64,000 nucleotides of DNA from an uncultured Gammaproteobacteria bacterium. GTDB taxonomy: Bacteria > Pseudomonadota > Gammaproteobacteria > UBA9214. A model generated the notes under the pieces. That model was not told the origin of the DNA and made no database searches. It saw only the letters and a program-made list of their open reading frames with translations. The DNA is taken from contig CALOCX010000002.1 in the NCBI GenBank assembly GCA_942491995.1, positions 35,758 to 99,757 of the forward strand, given 5' to 3'. Positions 49,419 to 58,875 of this stretch are shown in pieces (positions within the stretch are counted from its first letter, which is position 1; every line of letters starts with the position of its first letter). The position numbers and the translations under genes were made by a program.

Positions 49419-51995
49419 ATGCATTCGGGAATGACGCGAGAGACAATACGCTATGCTACGCACACCCCGGCAACGGCTATGCCTTGTTCACCACCCGGAA
49501 CACCCGCCTGTATCTTCAACGTGAATTCAATTGAACCATCAACCACCCGGACAGCCGCAACGGACGAGAAGGCAGACTGTTTTCACTGTGGCCTGCCCAT
49601 CCCGCGCGGACTGTCCCTGAGCGTGACCATCAATGGCCGTGACGAGCCGATGTGCTGTTACGGCTGCCAGGCCGTCGCGCAGGCCATCGTCGACTCCGGC
49701 AATGTCGATTTCTACCGGCATCGCACCGCGCCCTCACCGAAAGGCGAGGAGCTGCTGCCGGACTTCATTCGCCAGACCCGTGTCTATGACCACCCTGAAA
49801 TCCAGAAAACCTTTGTGCGCACGACCGCCGAGCACCAGCGGGAAGCCTCGCTGATACTGGAAGGCATCACCTGTGCCGCCTGTGTATGGCTGAATGAGCG
49901 ACACGTGGCACAACTGCCGGGTGTGCTGGATGTACAGGTCAACTACTCAACCCACCGCGCACGGGTACGCTGGGATAACACCCGGATACAACTCAGCGAC
50001 ATCTTGCAGGCGATTCACCATATCGGCTACAGCGCCCATCCCTACGACCCGCAGCAGCAGCAACTGGCCTTTGAACGTGATCGCCGCAACCAGTTACGGC
50101 GTCTTGGCATTGCCGGCGTGCTGGGCATGCAGGTGATGGTGTTATCCGTTGCCCTGTATGCCGGCGGCTGGTCCGGCATGGAAGCCGGCTTCAAAACCTT
50201 TTTCCGCTGGGTCGGCCTGCTGCTGACCACGCCGGTACTGCTGTATTCCGGCGCGCCGTTTTTTCGTGGTGCCTGGCGCGACCTGCGCAACCGCAGCGTT
50301 GGCATGGATGTACCGGTCGCGCTCGGCATTCTGGTCGCCTTCGCGGGCAGCGTGCATGCCAGCTGGACCGGTCACGGCGAGGTCTACTATGACTCGGTGG
50401 TGATGTTTATTTTCTTCCTGCTGGCAAGCCGCTATTTTGAACTCATGGCGCGCAAGCGCGGCGCGGAAACACTGGAACAACTCAGCCGTGCCCTGCCCGC
50501 CATGGCGACACGGATTGTCGTGACCGAAAACGGGGAACAGCAGGACGTCATCCCGCTCACCGAGCTGGAAGCCGGTGACAGCGTGCTGGTGAGGCCGGGT
50601 GAAACCGTCCCGGCCGACGGTACTGTCACGGCTGGCGAGTCCAGTGTCACCGAAGCCTTGCTGACGGGTGAAAGCACGCCGATCGGCAAGCATCAGGGGT
50701 CACGCCTCATCGGCGGCAGCATCAACATTGAAAGCCCGTTATACCTGCGTGTCGAGCAAGTCGGCCTGGATACGGTGCTGGCCGAGATCGTGCGGCTGCT
50801 GGAGCAGGCACAGAACGAGAAACCTGCCATCACCCGTCTCGCTGATCGTGTTGCCAGCTGGTTTGTCGCTGCGGTGCTGGTGATTGCCGCCGCCGTTGGC
50901 ATTTACTGGTGGCAACAGGCGCCCGACAGCTGGTTACCGATCCTGGTATCGGTACTGGTGGTGACCTGCCCGTGCGCGCTGTCACTGGCGACACCGACGG
51001 CGATCAGTGCCGCCACCGGGACCATGCTCAGTCACGGCCTGCTGACGATTCGCAGCCACAGCCTGGAAACGCTGGCTCGCAGCAGCCACGTCATCTTTGA
51101 CAAGACCGGCACCCTGACGTTTGGCACGCCGGTCATCAGCCGCATCCTGTGCCTGTCGCATCTGGATGAAAGGACCGTACTCGGGATCGCGGCGGCACTG
51201 GAACAGCAATCCGAACACCCCGCTGGCAAGGCCATCGCTGCAGCCGCTGCCGGTGGCAAACCACTTGCCGCCAGCGACTTCAAAAACTTTCCCGGTGCCG
51301 GCGTCAGTGCCTGCATAGGAGAACAGCAGTGGTTTATCGGTAATGCTGAATTCATTGCCGCACACACGGACGCCAGTAGCGACGGTCTCCCGGCCGATAT
51401 CGGCTATGGCACTCGCGTGCTGCTGGCCGACACACGCCAGCTACACGCGCTGTTCCTGCTCAGTGACGCCATCAGGGAGGAAGCGCCCGCGGTCGTCAAG
51501 GCACTGCAGCACGCCGGCAAGCAGGTGTTCCTGATGAGCGGCGACAACAGGGCGGCGGCACAACAACTCGCCACCGAGGCCGGTATCACGAACGTGCAGG
51601 GCGGCATGACGCCGGCAGACAAGCTGCACCAGGTACAGGCCTTGCAGCAGCAGGGCGCGGTGGTGGCCATGGTGGGTGACGGCATCAATGACGCACCGGT
51701 ACTGGCGGCCGCCGACGTGTCCATCGTCATGCGCGATGCCGCCCACATCAGCCAGGCCAGCGCGGACATGGTATTACTCTCCAACAAGCTCGATGCACTC
51801 ACCAGTGGCATCCTGCTGTCACGCAAGACCCTGCGCATAATCAAGCAGAACCTTTCCTGGGCCGTGGGTTACAATCTGGTTGCGCTGCCGGCAGCCGCAC
51901 TGGGCTATGTCGCACCCTGGATGGCGGCCATCGGCATGTCATCCAGCTCGTTGCTGGTGGTACTCAATGCCCTGCGACTGACCCGGAACAAATAA
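49419..51995 (+). CDS. ccoI: copper-translocating P-type ATPase CcoI/FixI
   Basis: CFHCGLPIP N-terminal motif, an HMA-like domain, CPC, DKTGTLT, GDGINDAP. The start is uncertain; the ATG at 49431 or 49479 is possible. Confidence 0.9.
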   Translation: MHSGMTRETIRYATHTPATAMPCSPPGTPACIFNVNSIEPSTTRTAATDEKADCFHCGLPIPRGLSLSVTINGRDEPMCCYGCQAVAQAIVDSGNVDFYRHRTAPSPKGEELLPDFIRQTRVYDHPEIQKTFVRTTAEHQREASLILEGITCAACVWLNERHVAQLPGVLDVQVNYSTHRARVRWDNTRIQLSDILQAIHHIGYSAHPYDPQQQQLAFERDRRNQLRRLGIAGVLGMQVMVLSVALYAGGWSGMEAGFKTFFRWVGLLLTTPVLLYSGAPFFRGAWRDLRNRSVGMDVPVALGILVAFAGSVHASWTGHGEVYYDSVVMFIFFLLASRYFELMARKRGAETLEQLSRALPAMATRIVVTENGEQQDVIPLTELEAGDSVLVRPGETVPADGTVTAGESSVTEALLTGESTPIGKHQGSRLIGGSINIESPLYLRVEQVGLDTVLAEIVRLLEQAQNEKPAITRLADRVASWFVAAVLVIAAAVGIYWWQQAPDSWLPILVSVLVVTCPCALSLATPTAISAATGTMLSHGLLTIRSHSLETLARSSHVIFDKTGTLTFGTPVISRILCLSHLDERTVLGIAAALEQQSEHPAGKAIAAAAAGGKPLAASDFKNFPGAGVSACIGEQQWFIGNAEFIAAHTDASSDGLPADIGYGTRVLLADTRQLHALFLLSDAIREEAPAVVKALQHAGKQVFLMSGDNRAAAQQLATEAGITNVQGGMTPADKLHQVQALQQQGAVVAMVGDGINDAPVLAAADVSIVMRDAAHISQASADMVLLSNKLDALTSGILLSRKTLRIIKQNLSWAVGYNLVALPAAALGYVAPWMAAIGMSSSSLLVVLNALRLTRNK

Positions 51996-52004
51996 ACCGA
52001 TCTT

Positions 52005-52217
52005 ATGGAAGTTCTCTATCTGCTGATTCCCGTATCGCTGGTCTTCGTCGGCTTGATTGCGTGGGTGTTTCTCTGGGCCGTGCGGTCCGGCCAGTTCGAT
52101 GACATGGAAGGTCCGGCACACCAGATTTTGATGGATGATGATGGCCCGGTTAGCGGGCAACAGAGCGAGGAAGACGCCGACGAGGACGCCGGGAAAGCGT
52201 CATCTAGACCTGAATGA
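52005..52217 (+). CDS. ccoS: cbb3 oxidase maturation protein CcoS/FixS
   Basis: MEVLYLLIPVSLVFVGLIAWVFLWAVRSGQFDDMEGPAHQILMDDD is the classic CcoS. Confidence 0.8.
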   Translation: MEVLYLLIPVSLVFVGLIAWVFLWAVRSGQFDDMEGPAHQILMDDDGPVSGQQSEEDADEDAGKASSRPE

Positions 52218-52404
52218 CCAGCTGGATCACCGACTTGGCGGCAAAACCGACCAGCCCCAGTCCCAGGGAGATGAAGATCATCGCGGTGCCATAACGGCCG
52301 GCACCGGATTCCTTGGCCAGCTTGTACATGATGAAGACCATGTACAGCATCAGGCCGCCCACGCCCAGCGTCAGGGACAGGCTCTCGAAGGTTTCAATAG
52401 TCAC
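52204..52404 (-). CDS. small two-TM membrane protein (DUF2788-like), GTG start
   Basis: 66 aa, hydrophobic, with a KLAKESGAGRYG loop. Confidence 0.4.
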   Translation of the reverse strand: MTIETFESLSLTLGVGGLMLYMVFIMYKLAKESGAGRYGTAMIFISLGLGLVGFAAKSVIQLVIQV

Positions 52405-52421
52405 TAGTGCAGATGTGTCCT

Positions 52422-52694
52422 TTATTCACTGGCCGCGAGGTGATAGATGCGCGAAAAGCCCTTGCCGGCGAGCAGCCGCGCGGCGCGGGCACTGCGGACT
52501 TCACTGGCCCCGTAGACGATCACCGGGCGTCGACTGTTGAGACGCTTGTGTTCATAGCACAGCGCATCAACCGGGATATTGAGCGCCCCGGGGAGGCGAT
52601 GCCGTCTGCAATCGGCCGACGGGCGCACATCGAGCAGTTGGCCACCGCAGGCCAGCAAGTCTTCGGCATGCTCGGGAGATAACGTTCCGCTCAT
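52422..52694 (-). CDS. single-domain rhodanese-like protein lacking the catalytic cysteine
   Basis: LLDVRPSADCRRHRLPGALNIP...PVIVYGASEVRSARAARLL. The active-site loop has Gly where Cys is expected. Confidence 0.6.
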   Translation of the reverse strand: MSGTLSPEHAEDLLACGGQLLDVRPSADCRRHRLPGALNIPVDALCYEHKRLNSRRPVIVYGASEVRSARAARLLAGKGFSRIYHLAASE

Positions 52695-52723
52695 GGCGCG
52701 ACACACCGTCTGGATGGCGAGGC

Positions 52724-52876
52724 TCACTGTTCGTCACCCGGCTCTACATCGTGCCCGGCACCAGCTTTGTTGTCTCTCGACATCACGCAGCCGTTGATGA
52801 TGCACTTCTTGATAAACATCACCATCGCGACCGCAAACACAACAAAAGCAGTGATCGTCAAACTATCGATGTACAT
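52724..52876 (-). CDS. 50-aa putative membrane peptide (MYIDSLTITAFVVFAVAMVMFIKKCIINGCVM...)
   Basis: GGAGGTG as SD, 6 nt before the ATG. One TM helix and a CxxxxC pair. Below the ORF-track length cutoff. Confidence 0.4.
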   Translation of the reverse strand: MYIDSLTITAFVVFAVAMVMFIKKCIINGCVMSRDNKAGAGHDVEPGDEQ

Positions 52877-53058
52877 GGCACACCTCCGGTTCATAATCAA
52901 ACTACAGTTTGCAATTATATTATCATATTCTAATATATTGTCAATCTATTAAAACAACTGCTTACAAGCCATCTATGGAAGAAACGGGTGCATATACCTG
53001 CCCGGAATAGCCCCCTGGAGATTGTTACTTGCCGGGCTTCAGCCCCGGCGGTTCACGG

Positions 53059-54807
53059 TCACGACCCGGCCCCGTCCGGCGGGGTGTTGGCAATCAGGTA
53101 CATGGGCCGGTCCGGCGGCATGCCTTCCGCGAAGAAAAAAGGCACCTCAGCGGGGTTATTGAACAAGCGCTCGAAGTATTTCGGTTCGATCAGGATGTAG
53201 GACAGCGTGTCCGTCTCCTGCATTATTCGCATCAGTTCGGCCTCGTTCACCTCCGGCACCCGTCGGTCCAGGTAGAAGCCGTATTCTTCGTCCCAGGAAC
53301 GATACATATAGACAGGCCGCTCCCCGACCAGGCTGGCGATGGCAGCGATATAGGGACGGGTATCCTCCCTGACACTGTTGATGGACTGCATCATGAACAG
53401 CATAAAGGCCAGCAAGATCCCCTGGAACACGATGTACAGGCGGATCAGCGGCGGCCGCTCGCGGAGGGTCCAGCCGTACCCCCACAGTCCGCCCAGCAGC
53501 AAGATGCCCCCAAGGATGTAATGCCGCCATTGTCCCAGGGTAGCCAGATAGGGTCTGGCCTCCTCCAGCCGTTCCGGACCCAGCGAGTCCTTCAGCCAGG
53601 TCCCGGGCCACTCTGAAGAGAGAATCTGCGGGATGAGTGCAAGCAGCAGTAGCAGGACCAGCGCCGTTCCGCTGGTCACCAGGAACACCCGGCGCAACGA
53701 TCGGGGGCGGATCGTCAGGCTAAGGTAGCCGGCCACGAGCCAGGCAGCGGCCGGATAGAGCGGCAGGATGTAATCGCTGCGCTTGATCCCGGAGAGCGAG
53801 AAGAACAGCAGTATCCAGAGAATATAGACCACCAGCAGACCCTCGACCCCGGCGCGTCTGGACCGGTCGCGCAGCACCTGGTAGATGATCACCGGTATGA
53901 ACAGTGCCCAGGGGAAGAAGCCCCACAGAAAGTGCATCGGATATTGCCAGCCGGGCTGCCGCTGGAAGGTCGTGAACTCAAGCGCGCTGAACAGATTGCC
54001 AAAGCGCGACAGGTTTTCCTCAAGGATGAACCAGCGGAAAAAGTGACCCTCGGTGATGACGGACGCGTAAACGAACCAGGGCAGTGCAAGCGCCAGAAAC
54101 AGCAGCATGCCCCTGCCGAGGAACACCCTGGACAGTTCCCGGAAGGCACCCTGCAGCAGCAGGAACAGAAACACCGGGACGCCGGTAACAATGAAGCCCA
54201 CCGGTCCCTTGGTCATCACCGCCAGGGCGGCCGCAATGAAAAACAGGTAATAGCCGTGATTCCGTCCCCCGACCTCCCGCTCGGGCGACACCCAGTAGCC
54301 GGCGAATGACACGATCGCGGCAAAGGCGAGCAGGCACAGCATCAGGTCCATGCGCGCCATTTGCGCCATCCCGATCACCTTGGGACTGGTGACCAGAATG
54401 GCGGCGGCCAGCAACAGCGGGGTCCGTTGACCACGCTCCTGTGGCAGCAGCCGGAACATCAGCATGAGCAATACCACGCTAACCAGTGAGGGCAATCGGG
54501 CGGCCAGTTCCCAATGCGCCCCGGTCACGGATCTGGCCAGTCCAATGGTCCAGAAATAGAGAGGCGGTTTGTCGTAGTCCTCCGCCCCGTTCATGTGGTT
54601 GACGCCCCAGTCACCAAGCAACAGGAACTGCCGGGCGATCTCCGCGGACTCCGCCTCCAGGGTGCCGTTCAGTGCCCGGACTGAAGCCTGCCAGACGACC
54701 ACCCCGAGCAACAGCAGGATGATCGCCAGGGGAATGATGGCCGGAAGTCCTGAACGGTCGTCAGACGAGGCGCTTGCATCGCCTGAAAAGTGCGGCTGGC
54801 TTGTCAT
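53059..54807 (-). CDS. family 39 glycosyltransferase (ArnT/PMT-like)
   Basis: 582 aa, polytopic. YDKPPLYFW is the GT39/ArnT signature loop. Confidence 0.8.
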   Translation of the reverse strand: MTSQPHFSGDASASSDDRSGLPAIIPLAIILLLLGVVVWQASVRALNGTLEAESAEIARQFLLLGDWGVNHMNGAEDYDKPPLYFWTIGLARSVTGAHWELAARLPSLVSVVLLMLMFRLLPQERGQRTPLLLAAAILVTSPKVIGMAQMARMDLMLCLLAFAAIVSFAGYWVSPEREVGGRNHGYYLFFIAAALAVMTKGPVGFIVTGVPVFLFLLLQGAFRELSRVFLGRGMLLFLALALPWFVYASVITEGHFFRWFILEENLSRFGNLFSALEFTTFQRQPGWQYPMHFLWGFFPWALFIPVIIYQVLRDRSRRAGVEGLLVVYILWILLFFSLSGIKRSDYILPLYPAAAWLVAGYLSLTIRPRSLRRVFLVTSGTALVLLLLLALIPQILSSEWPGTWLKDSLGPERLEEARPYLATLGQWRHYILGGILLLGGLWGYGWTLRERPPLIRLYIVFQGILLAFMLFMMQSINSVREDTRPYIAAIASLVGERPVYMYRSWDEEYGFYLDRRVPEVNEAELMRIMQETDTLSYILIEPKYFERLFNNPAEVPFFFAEGMPPDRPMYLIANTPPDGAGS

Positions 54808-54843
54808 GGAAGTGAGCTATTTGAAAGGTGTGCGCTTGCAGTG

Positions 54844-54880
54844 CCTGCTGCATGCTGCATGCTGCATGCTGCATGCTGCG
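54844..54880. repeat. heptanucleotide microsatellite (gctgcat) x ~5, upstream of the GT39 gene
   Basis: cctgctgcatgctgcatgctgcatgctgcatgctgcg, located 40-70 bp upstream of the GT39 ATG. Confidence 0.8.
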
Positions 54881-54966
54881 CAATTCTAGCAGCTGAACGG
54901 CTCCATACAAGCGCCCGCCCCTATTGCCAGCATGGCCTAAAATTGCCTTAAGGTGCAGCAGCTATT

Positions 54967-57900
54967 TCACGTCGTCAGGCGTCGATAGATATCCGACACC
55001 TTCAGCGGTAACTTGCGCACCTCGTCGATCACGGTGTAGTTCACGGCACCGTACATGTGCGGCAGATAGTCACGTGCCTCGGTGTCGATGGTGATACAAA
55101 AGGAATGGATGCCGCTACGCTTGGCCTCGATCAGTGCCTGGCGGGTATCCTCGATGCCATAGGCGCCACGGTAGGTGTCATAGTCATCGGGCTTGCCGTC
55201 GGAGAGCGTGATCAGCAGCTTGGTGCGTGCCTCCACCTCGTTCAGGAGGTGCGACAGGTGCCGGATGGTGACGCCCATGCGCGTATAGTCCTTCGGCCTG
55301 ATACCGCTGATGCGGCCGCGCACGGTGTCATCGTAGTGTTCATCAAAACGTTTCACCCGGTACACCTCGCAGCGCTTGCGTGTCATGCCGGAAAAACCGT
55401 AAATCGCATAGCGGTCCCCGAGCGTCTCCAGCGATTCGCATAACAGTACCAGCGACTCGCGCTCGGCATCGTTGATCCAGCCCTTGGTGGAACCGCTCAT
55501 ATCCACCATGAACATCACCGCGATATCGCGTTCCAGCTTGTGCATCTTGGTGAAGACACGCTCGGACATTTCCAGACCCATAGTTGTGTCAGCCCAGGAC
55601 TCGACCAGGGCATCGATGTCGACGTTGTCACCATAGGGTTGCTTCTTCAGCAACTTGTCCTCGCCGCGCAGTGCCTCGAAAGTGCGCCGCAGGTGCCCGG
55701 CGAGGCCACGGTACTTGTTGAGGGTGTCAGTGACGAAACTGTCGTCCAGCGGACTGACTTCCAGCTCGCGCAGCACCGTCCAGTTCTTGCGGTAATGCTG
55801 GCGCTCGTAGTCCCACTCGTTGTACAGGAACGCACCCTCCTCATGGTAGGTGCCCTTCCAGACGTCCTCGACACTGCGCTCACCGATGTCGTCTGCAACA
55901 TAGGCGCCGTCACCGGCCGCATACAAATATTCTTCCGGTATTTCACCGAGGTCCTGGATGATGGACGCCATGGTGCCCTTGACGTTATCCGGTGGCTTGA
56001 TCGGCTTGCCATCGAGCTGCATTTCATAGCTCTTGCCATTCTGATCTTCATTCGACTCGACCTCGCGCAATTCGAATGGCAAGCGGCGCCCGTCAGTCTC
56101 CTCGCTGTCGTCATGCTCATCCTCCCCTGCCTCATCCTGCGCATCTTCAATAGCCGTCAACTCCTGCTCGAGTCGCAACAGATGCAGGCGGAACAGCTGC
56201 TTGTCAGCCGCAATGCGCGCGGCACGCACCTTGTCGACCACCTCCGGACGCATCACACCCTGGTAGATCGTACCCGCAGGCACCGGGCCACCCGCAAGAC
56301 GCTGCAGCCACAGCAGCGTGTCCTCGACACACGCATCCGCATGTGAAAGCTGTTCCGCGGCAGCCAGCCAGTCGTCCTGCAGCGCCTGCTCAGTGTCGTT
56401 GCGAAAGCGCGCGAGTTGTCGGTAGACTCCCGGCAGCATGTCGCGAATACGCGCGTCCAGACGCAACGTCTCCAGCGCATGAAAACAGGCCAGCGCTGCC
56501 TCGGGGTCGGCATAGCGGCCGAACACCTGCGACGGCTCGATGCGCCAGCTACCGAACCAGGTCTGCGCCCACAGGTGCACCAGCATCACCTTGTAAAGCT
56601 GAAAATTTTCCTCGTGACCCGCATAGCGGTTGATGCTGGCGGGCAGGTAAATGGTTTCGGTATCCGTGTAACACTGCTCGGCGCACTCGATCTTCAGGCG
56701 GCGTCCGTTAAGACCCTGCACAAACATCTCCAGCACATTGACGACATCATCAAAGGCCACACCGCTGGTACGCGCCTTGTGGGCACGTGCAAAACTCTCC
56801 ACGTCCCTGAACGCGACCACCGCCGGGTGCAGACCGCGTGTGTCGTAGATATCCATGCAGGACAGTAGCCAGGCCTCGACACCGTCTGCATCCATCATCC
56901 GTAACGCCGGACACACATGCGAGGCAAAGTTCAGCGCCATGCCGGAACTGGTACGCGCCACGACACTGACCCAGTGCAGCACGAAATCCTGCTGTTCACG
57001 CGGGAATTCGGCGAGCGCGCGTGCCGGCTCCTCGGCGGCACCCAGCGAGATCATGTGAATATCGAGACGCTCCTCGAGTTGCGCGGCCGTCAACGGCAGA
57101 CCACCGGTTTGCAGAAACTCGGTCTCGTCATACCAGCGCGCCGCGACACCGGCCGGCAACACGCGTCCATCGCGGGTACTGACACCAAGCTGCAACGGCT
57201 CGATGGTGCCACCGGGCAGCACCTCGCGCAGCAATTGCCCAAGCCCCTCGGCCTTCCAGGTGGTGGCGCCACTGTCCGTCGACAGCCACACGCCGAGACA
57301 TTGTTTGGTGACCAGGCGTGGCAGGTATTTGACCAGCTTGGCCATGTCCACCTCGCGGTCCCACATCTGGCCCTTCGGGCCATATCCGACAGGCGGAATC
57401 GGTAAAATGATGACATCGAAGCGCCGCTGGCGACGCAGCAACTCCTCGACGAAGTCGATGACGTCATCGTGCACGTACTCGACCTGCGCCTCACCGGCAG
57501 TGGCACGACTCAAGGCAAGCATCTCCGCACTGGCATCGACGTGCACCACCGACGCACCCGCGCGTAACGCCTGTGCCGTGACATAGCCATTGCCGGCAAA
57601 CAGGTTCAGTACCTGGATATCATCGAGGTCGTAACAGCCCTCGATACGCTGACGCAACCATTCGGCACAGGAAATGTCGCGTCCGTGCAGACCGACGCGG
57701 CCGCGGTCATCGAGACGGCAGATGACCTGTTGATCGCCGAGACTGACGCTCCACTCGCGTAACAGGCCACTGCGGGTCGGCTCCCAGTGACGCTGCACAC
57801 CGACATCTGCAACATAGATCCAGTCGGCATCCCAGTGCGCACTGGCCGGCTCGCCACTTGCCAGACGATCCGGGCTTTCCACCAGGTATTCACCCCAGCG

Positions 57901-58008
57901 CTCCAGCTTGCGGCCGGCACCGAAATCGATCAGCTCATAATCGCCCAGCGGGGTCTGCACCCGTGCATCACGGGTATCGGATTCGGAAACAGTGGGAAGC
58001 TGAACCAT
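54967..58008 (-). CDS. fusion protein: N-terminal RlmI/YccW-like class I SAM methyltransferase domain, then a NorD/CbbO-like region, then a C-terminal von Willebrand A domain
   Basis: The N-terminus (VLNLFAGNGYVTAQALRAGASVVHVDASAEMLALS...RFDVIILPIPPVG) matches the Methyltrans_SAM/RlmI pattern. The C-terminus MFMVDMSGSTKGW...ITLSDGKPDD...CITID is a VWA domain with a MIDAS (DxSGS) motif. Confidence 0.75.
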   Translation of the reverse strand: MVQLPTVSESDTRDARVQTPLGDYELIDFGAGRKLERWGEYLVESPDRLASGEPASAHWDADWIYVADVGVQRHWEPTRSGLLREWSVSLGDQQVICRLDDRGRVGLHGRDISCAEWLRQRIEGCYDLDDIQVLNLFAGNGYVTAQALRAGASVVHVDASAEMLALSRATAGEAQVEYVHDDVIDFVEELLRRQRRFDVIILPIPPVGYGPKGQMWDREVDMAKLVKYLPRLVTKQCLGVWLSTDSGATTWKAEGLGQLLREVLPGGTIEPLQLGVSTRDGRVLPAGVAARWYDETEFLQTGGLPLTAAQLEERLDIHMISLGAAEEPARALAEFPREQQDFVLHWVSVVARTSSGMALNFASHVCPALRMMDADGVEAWLLSCMDIYDTRGLHPAVVAFRDVESFARAHKARTSGVAFDDVVNVLEMFVQGLNGRRLKIECAEQCYTDTETIYLPASINRYAGHEENFQLYKVMLVHLWAQTWFGSWRIEPSQVFGRYADPEAALACFHALETLRLDARIRDMLPGVYRQLARFRNDTEQALQDDWLAAAEQLSHADACVEDTLLWLQRLAGGPVPAGTIYQGVMRPEVVDKVRAARIAADKQLFRLHLLRLEQELTAIEDAQDEAGEDEHDDSEETDGRRLPFELREVESNEDQNGKSYEMQLDGKPIKPPDNVKGTMASIIQDLGEIPEEYLYAAGDGAYVADDIGERSVEDVWKGTYHEEGAFLYNEWDYERQHYRKNWTVLRELEVSPLDDSFVTDTLNKYRGLAGHLRRTFEALRGEDKLLKKQPYGDNVDIDALVESWADTTMGLEMSERVFTKMHKLERDIAVMFMVDMSGSTKGWINDAERESLVLLCESLETLGDRYAIYGFSGMTRKRCEVYRVKRFDEHYDDTVRGRISGIRPKDYTRMGVTIRHLSHLLNEVEARTKLLITLSDGKPDDYDTYRGAYGIEDTRQALIEAKRSGIHSFCITIDTEARDYLPHMYGAVNYTVIDEVRKLPLKVSDIYRRLTT

Positions 58009-58082
58009 GAAGCTGCTTAAATAGCGCAGGATAAGCGCGCAAGCGTGTGGTCAAGGGGCCAGATTACTTGATAGCGACCCGC

Positions 58083-58418
58083 TCAGCTACAACCCTTGGG
58101 TCGTGGCAAACCGGCGATCTTGTTGGCGCATTTAATCAGGCCAGTGGGAAACAGTGAGTAGATATACTTCTGATCACTGCGGTCCTTGCCATACTTCTGC
58201 TTCATCAACTTGGAGAAGGCACGTGGCTCGCATACAGTTCCGTTTTCCTGGAAATACTCACGCGCCAGGTTAATGATATCCCAGTGCTCCTGGGTGAGTT
58301 CGTCGATCTTCTCGTTTTTTGCAATCTGGTGCGCCAGCTCCTCGCTCCACTCATCCAGATTTTCCAGCCAGCCAGCCTCGCTCAACTGGATCGTCTTGCC
58401 ATCTACGACTGCTTCCAT
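58083..58418 (-). CDS. dsrC: DsrC/TusE-family sulfur-relay protein with both C-terminal cysteines
   Basis: The C-terminal arm CANKIAGLPRPKGCS has the Cys-x10-Cys pair of DsrC-type proteins. Confidence 0.75.
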   Translation of the reverse strand: MEAVVDGKTIQLSEAGWLENLDEWSEELAHQIAKNEKIDELTQEHWDIINLAREYFQENGTVCEPRAFSKLMKQKYGKDRSDQKYIYSLFPTGLIKCANKIAGLPRPKGCS

Positions 58419-58875
58419 TGTTATTGCCTCATGTCGTTAATCAGATTTGGTATGGCAGGGATATTACTACGGACAGGCCACACATGCGTCCCTAGTATAA
58501 ATGGGGTTAAAAAGGGGCAAAACATGTTTGCTCATTGCATCATTCGGCTGGCAACAAAGGAGCGTGCCGGCATGTTGTTTGTGTCTGCTTTCATTCAGGC
58601 TGTCTGCCCGAATCTCATGCAGCCGGAATATCGATCAAGACCCGGTACCTGACGATATAATAATCGGCCGCTGCAGTGAGCACGCACTCCGCGGCCTGCC
58701 AGAGCACCCGTTCACAAGCGCTGCAATGAACGGCATCATGCCGTCGACGCAGAGTATGATTCATCACCATTGATTTTATTCAAGTTTCTGTCGCTTTTGC
58801 CGTCAGCCTCCATGCCCTCGCATACCTGCCGACCACTGCCTGTGCGCGAAAAGATAGATTACCCGGGGATCTGGC

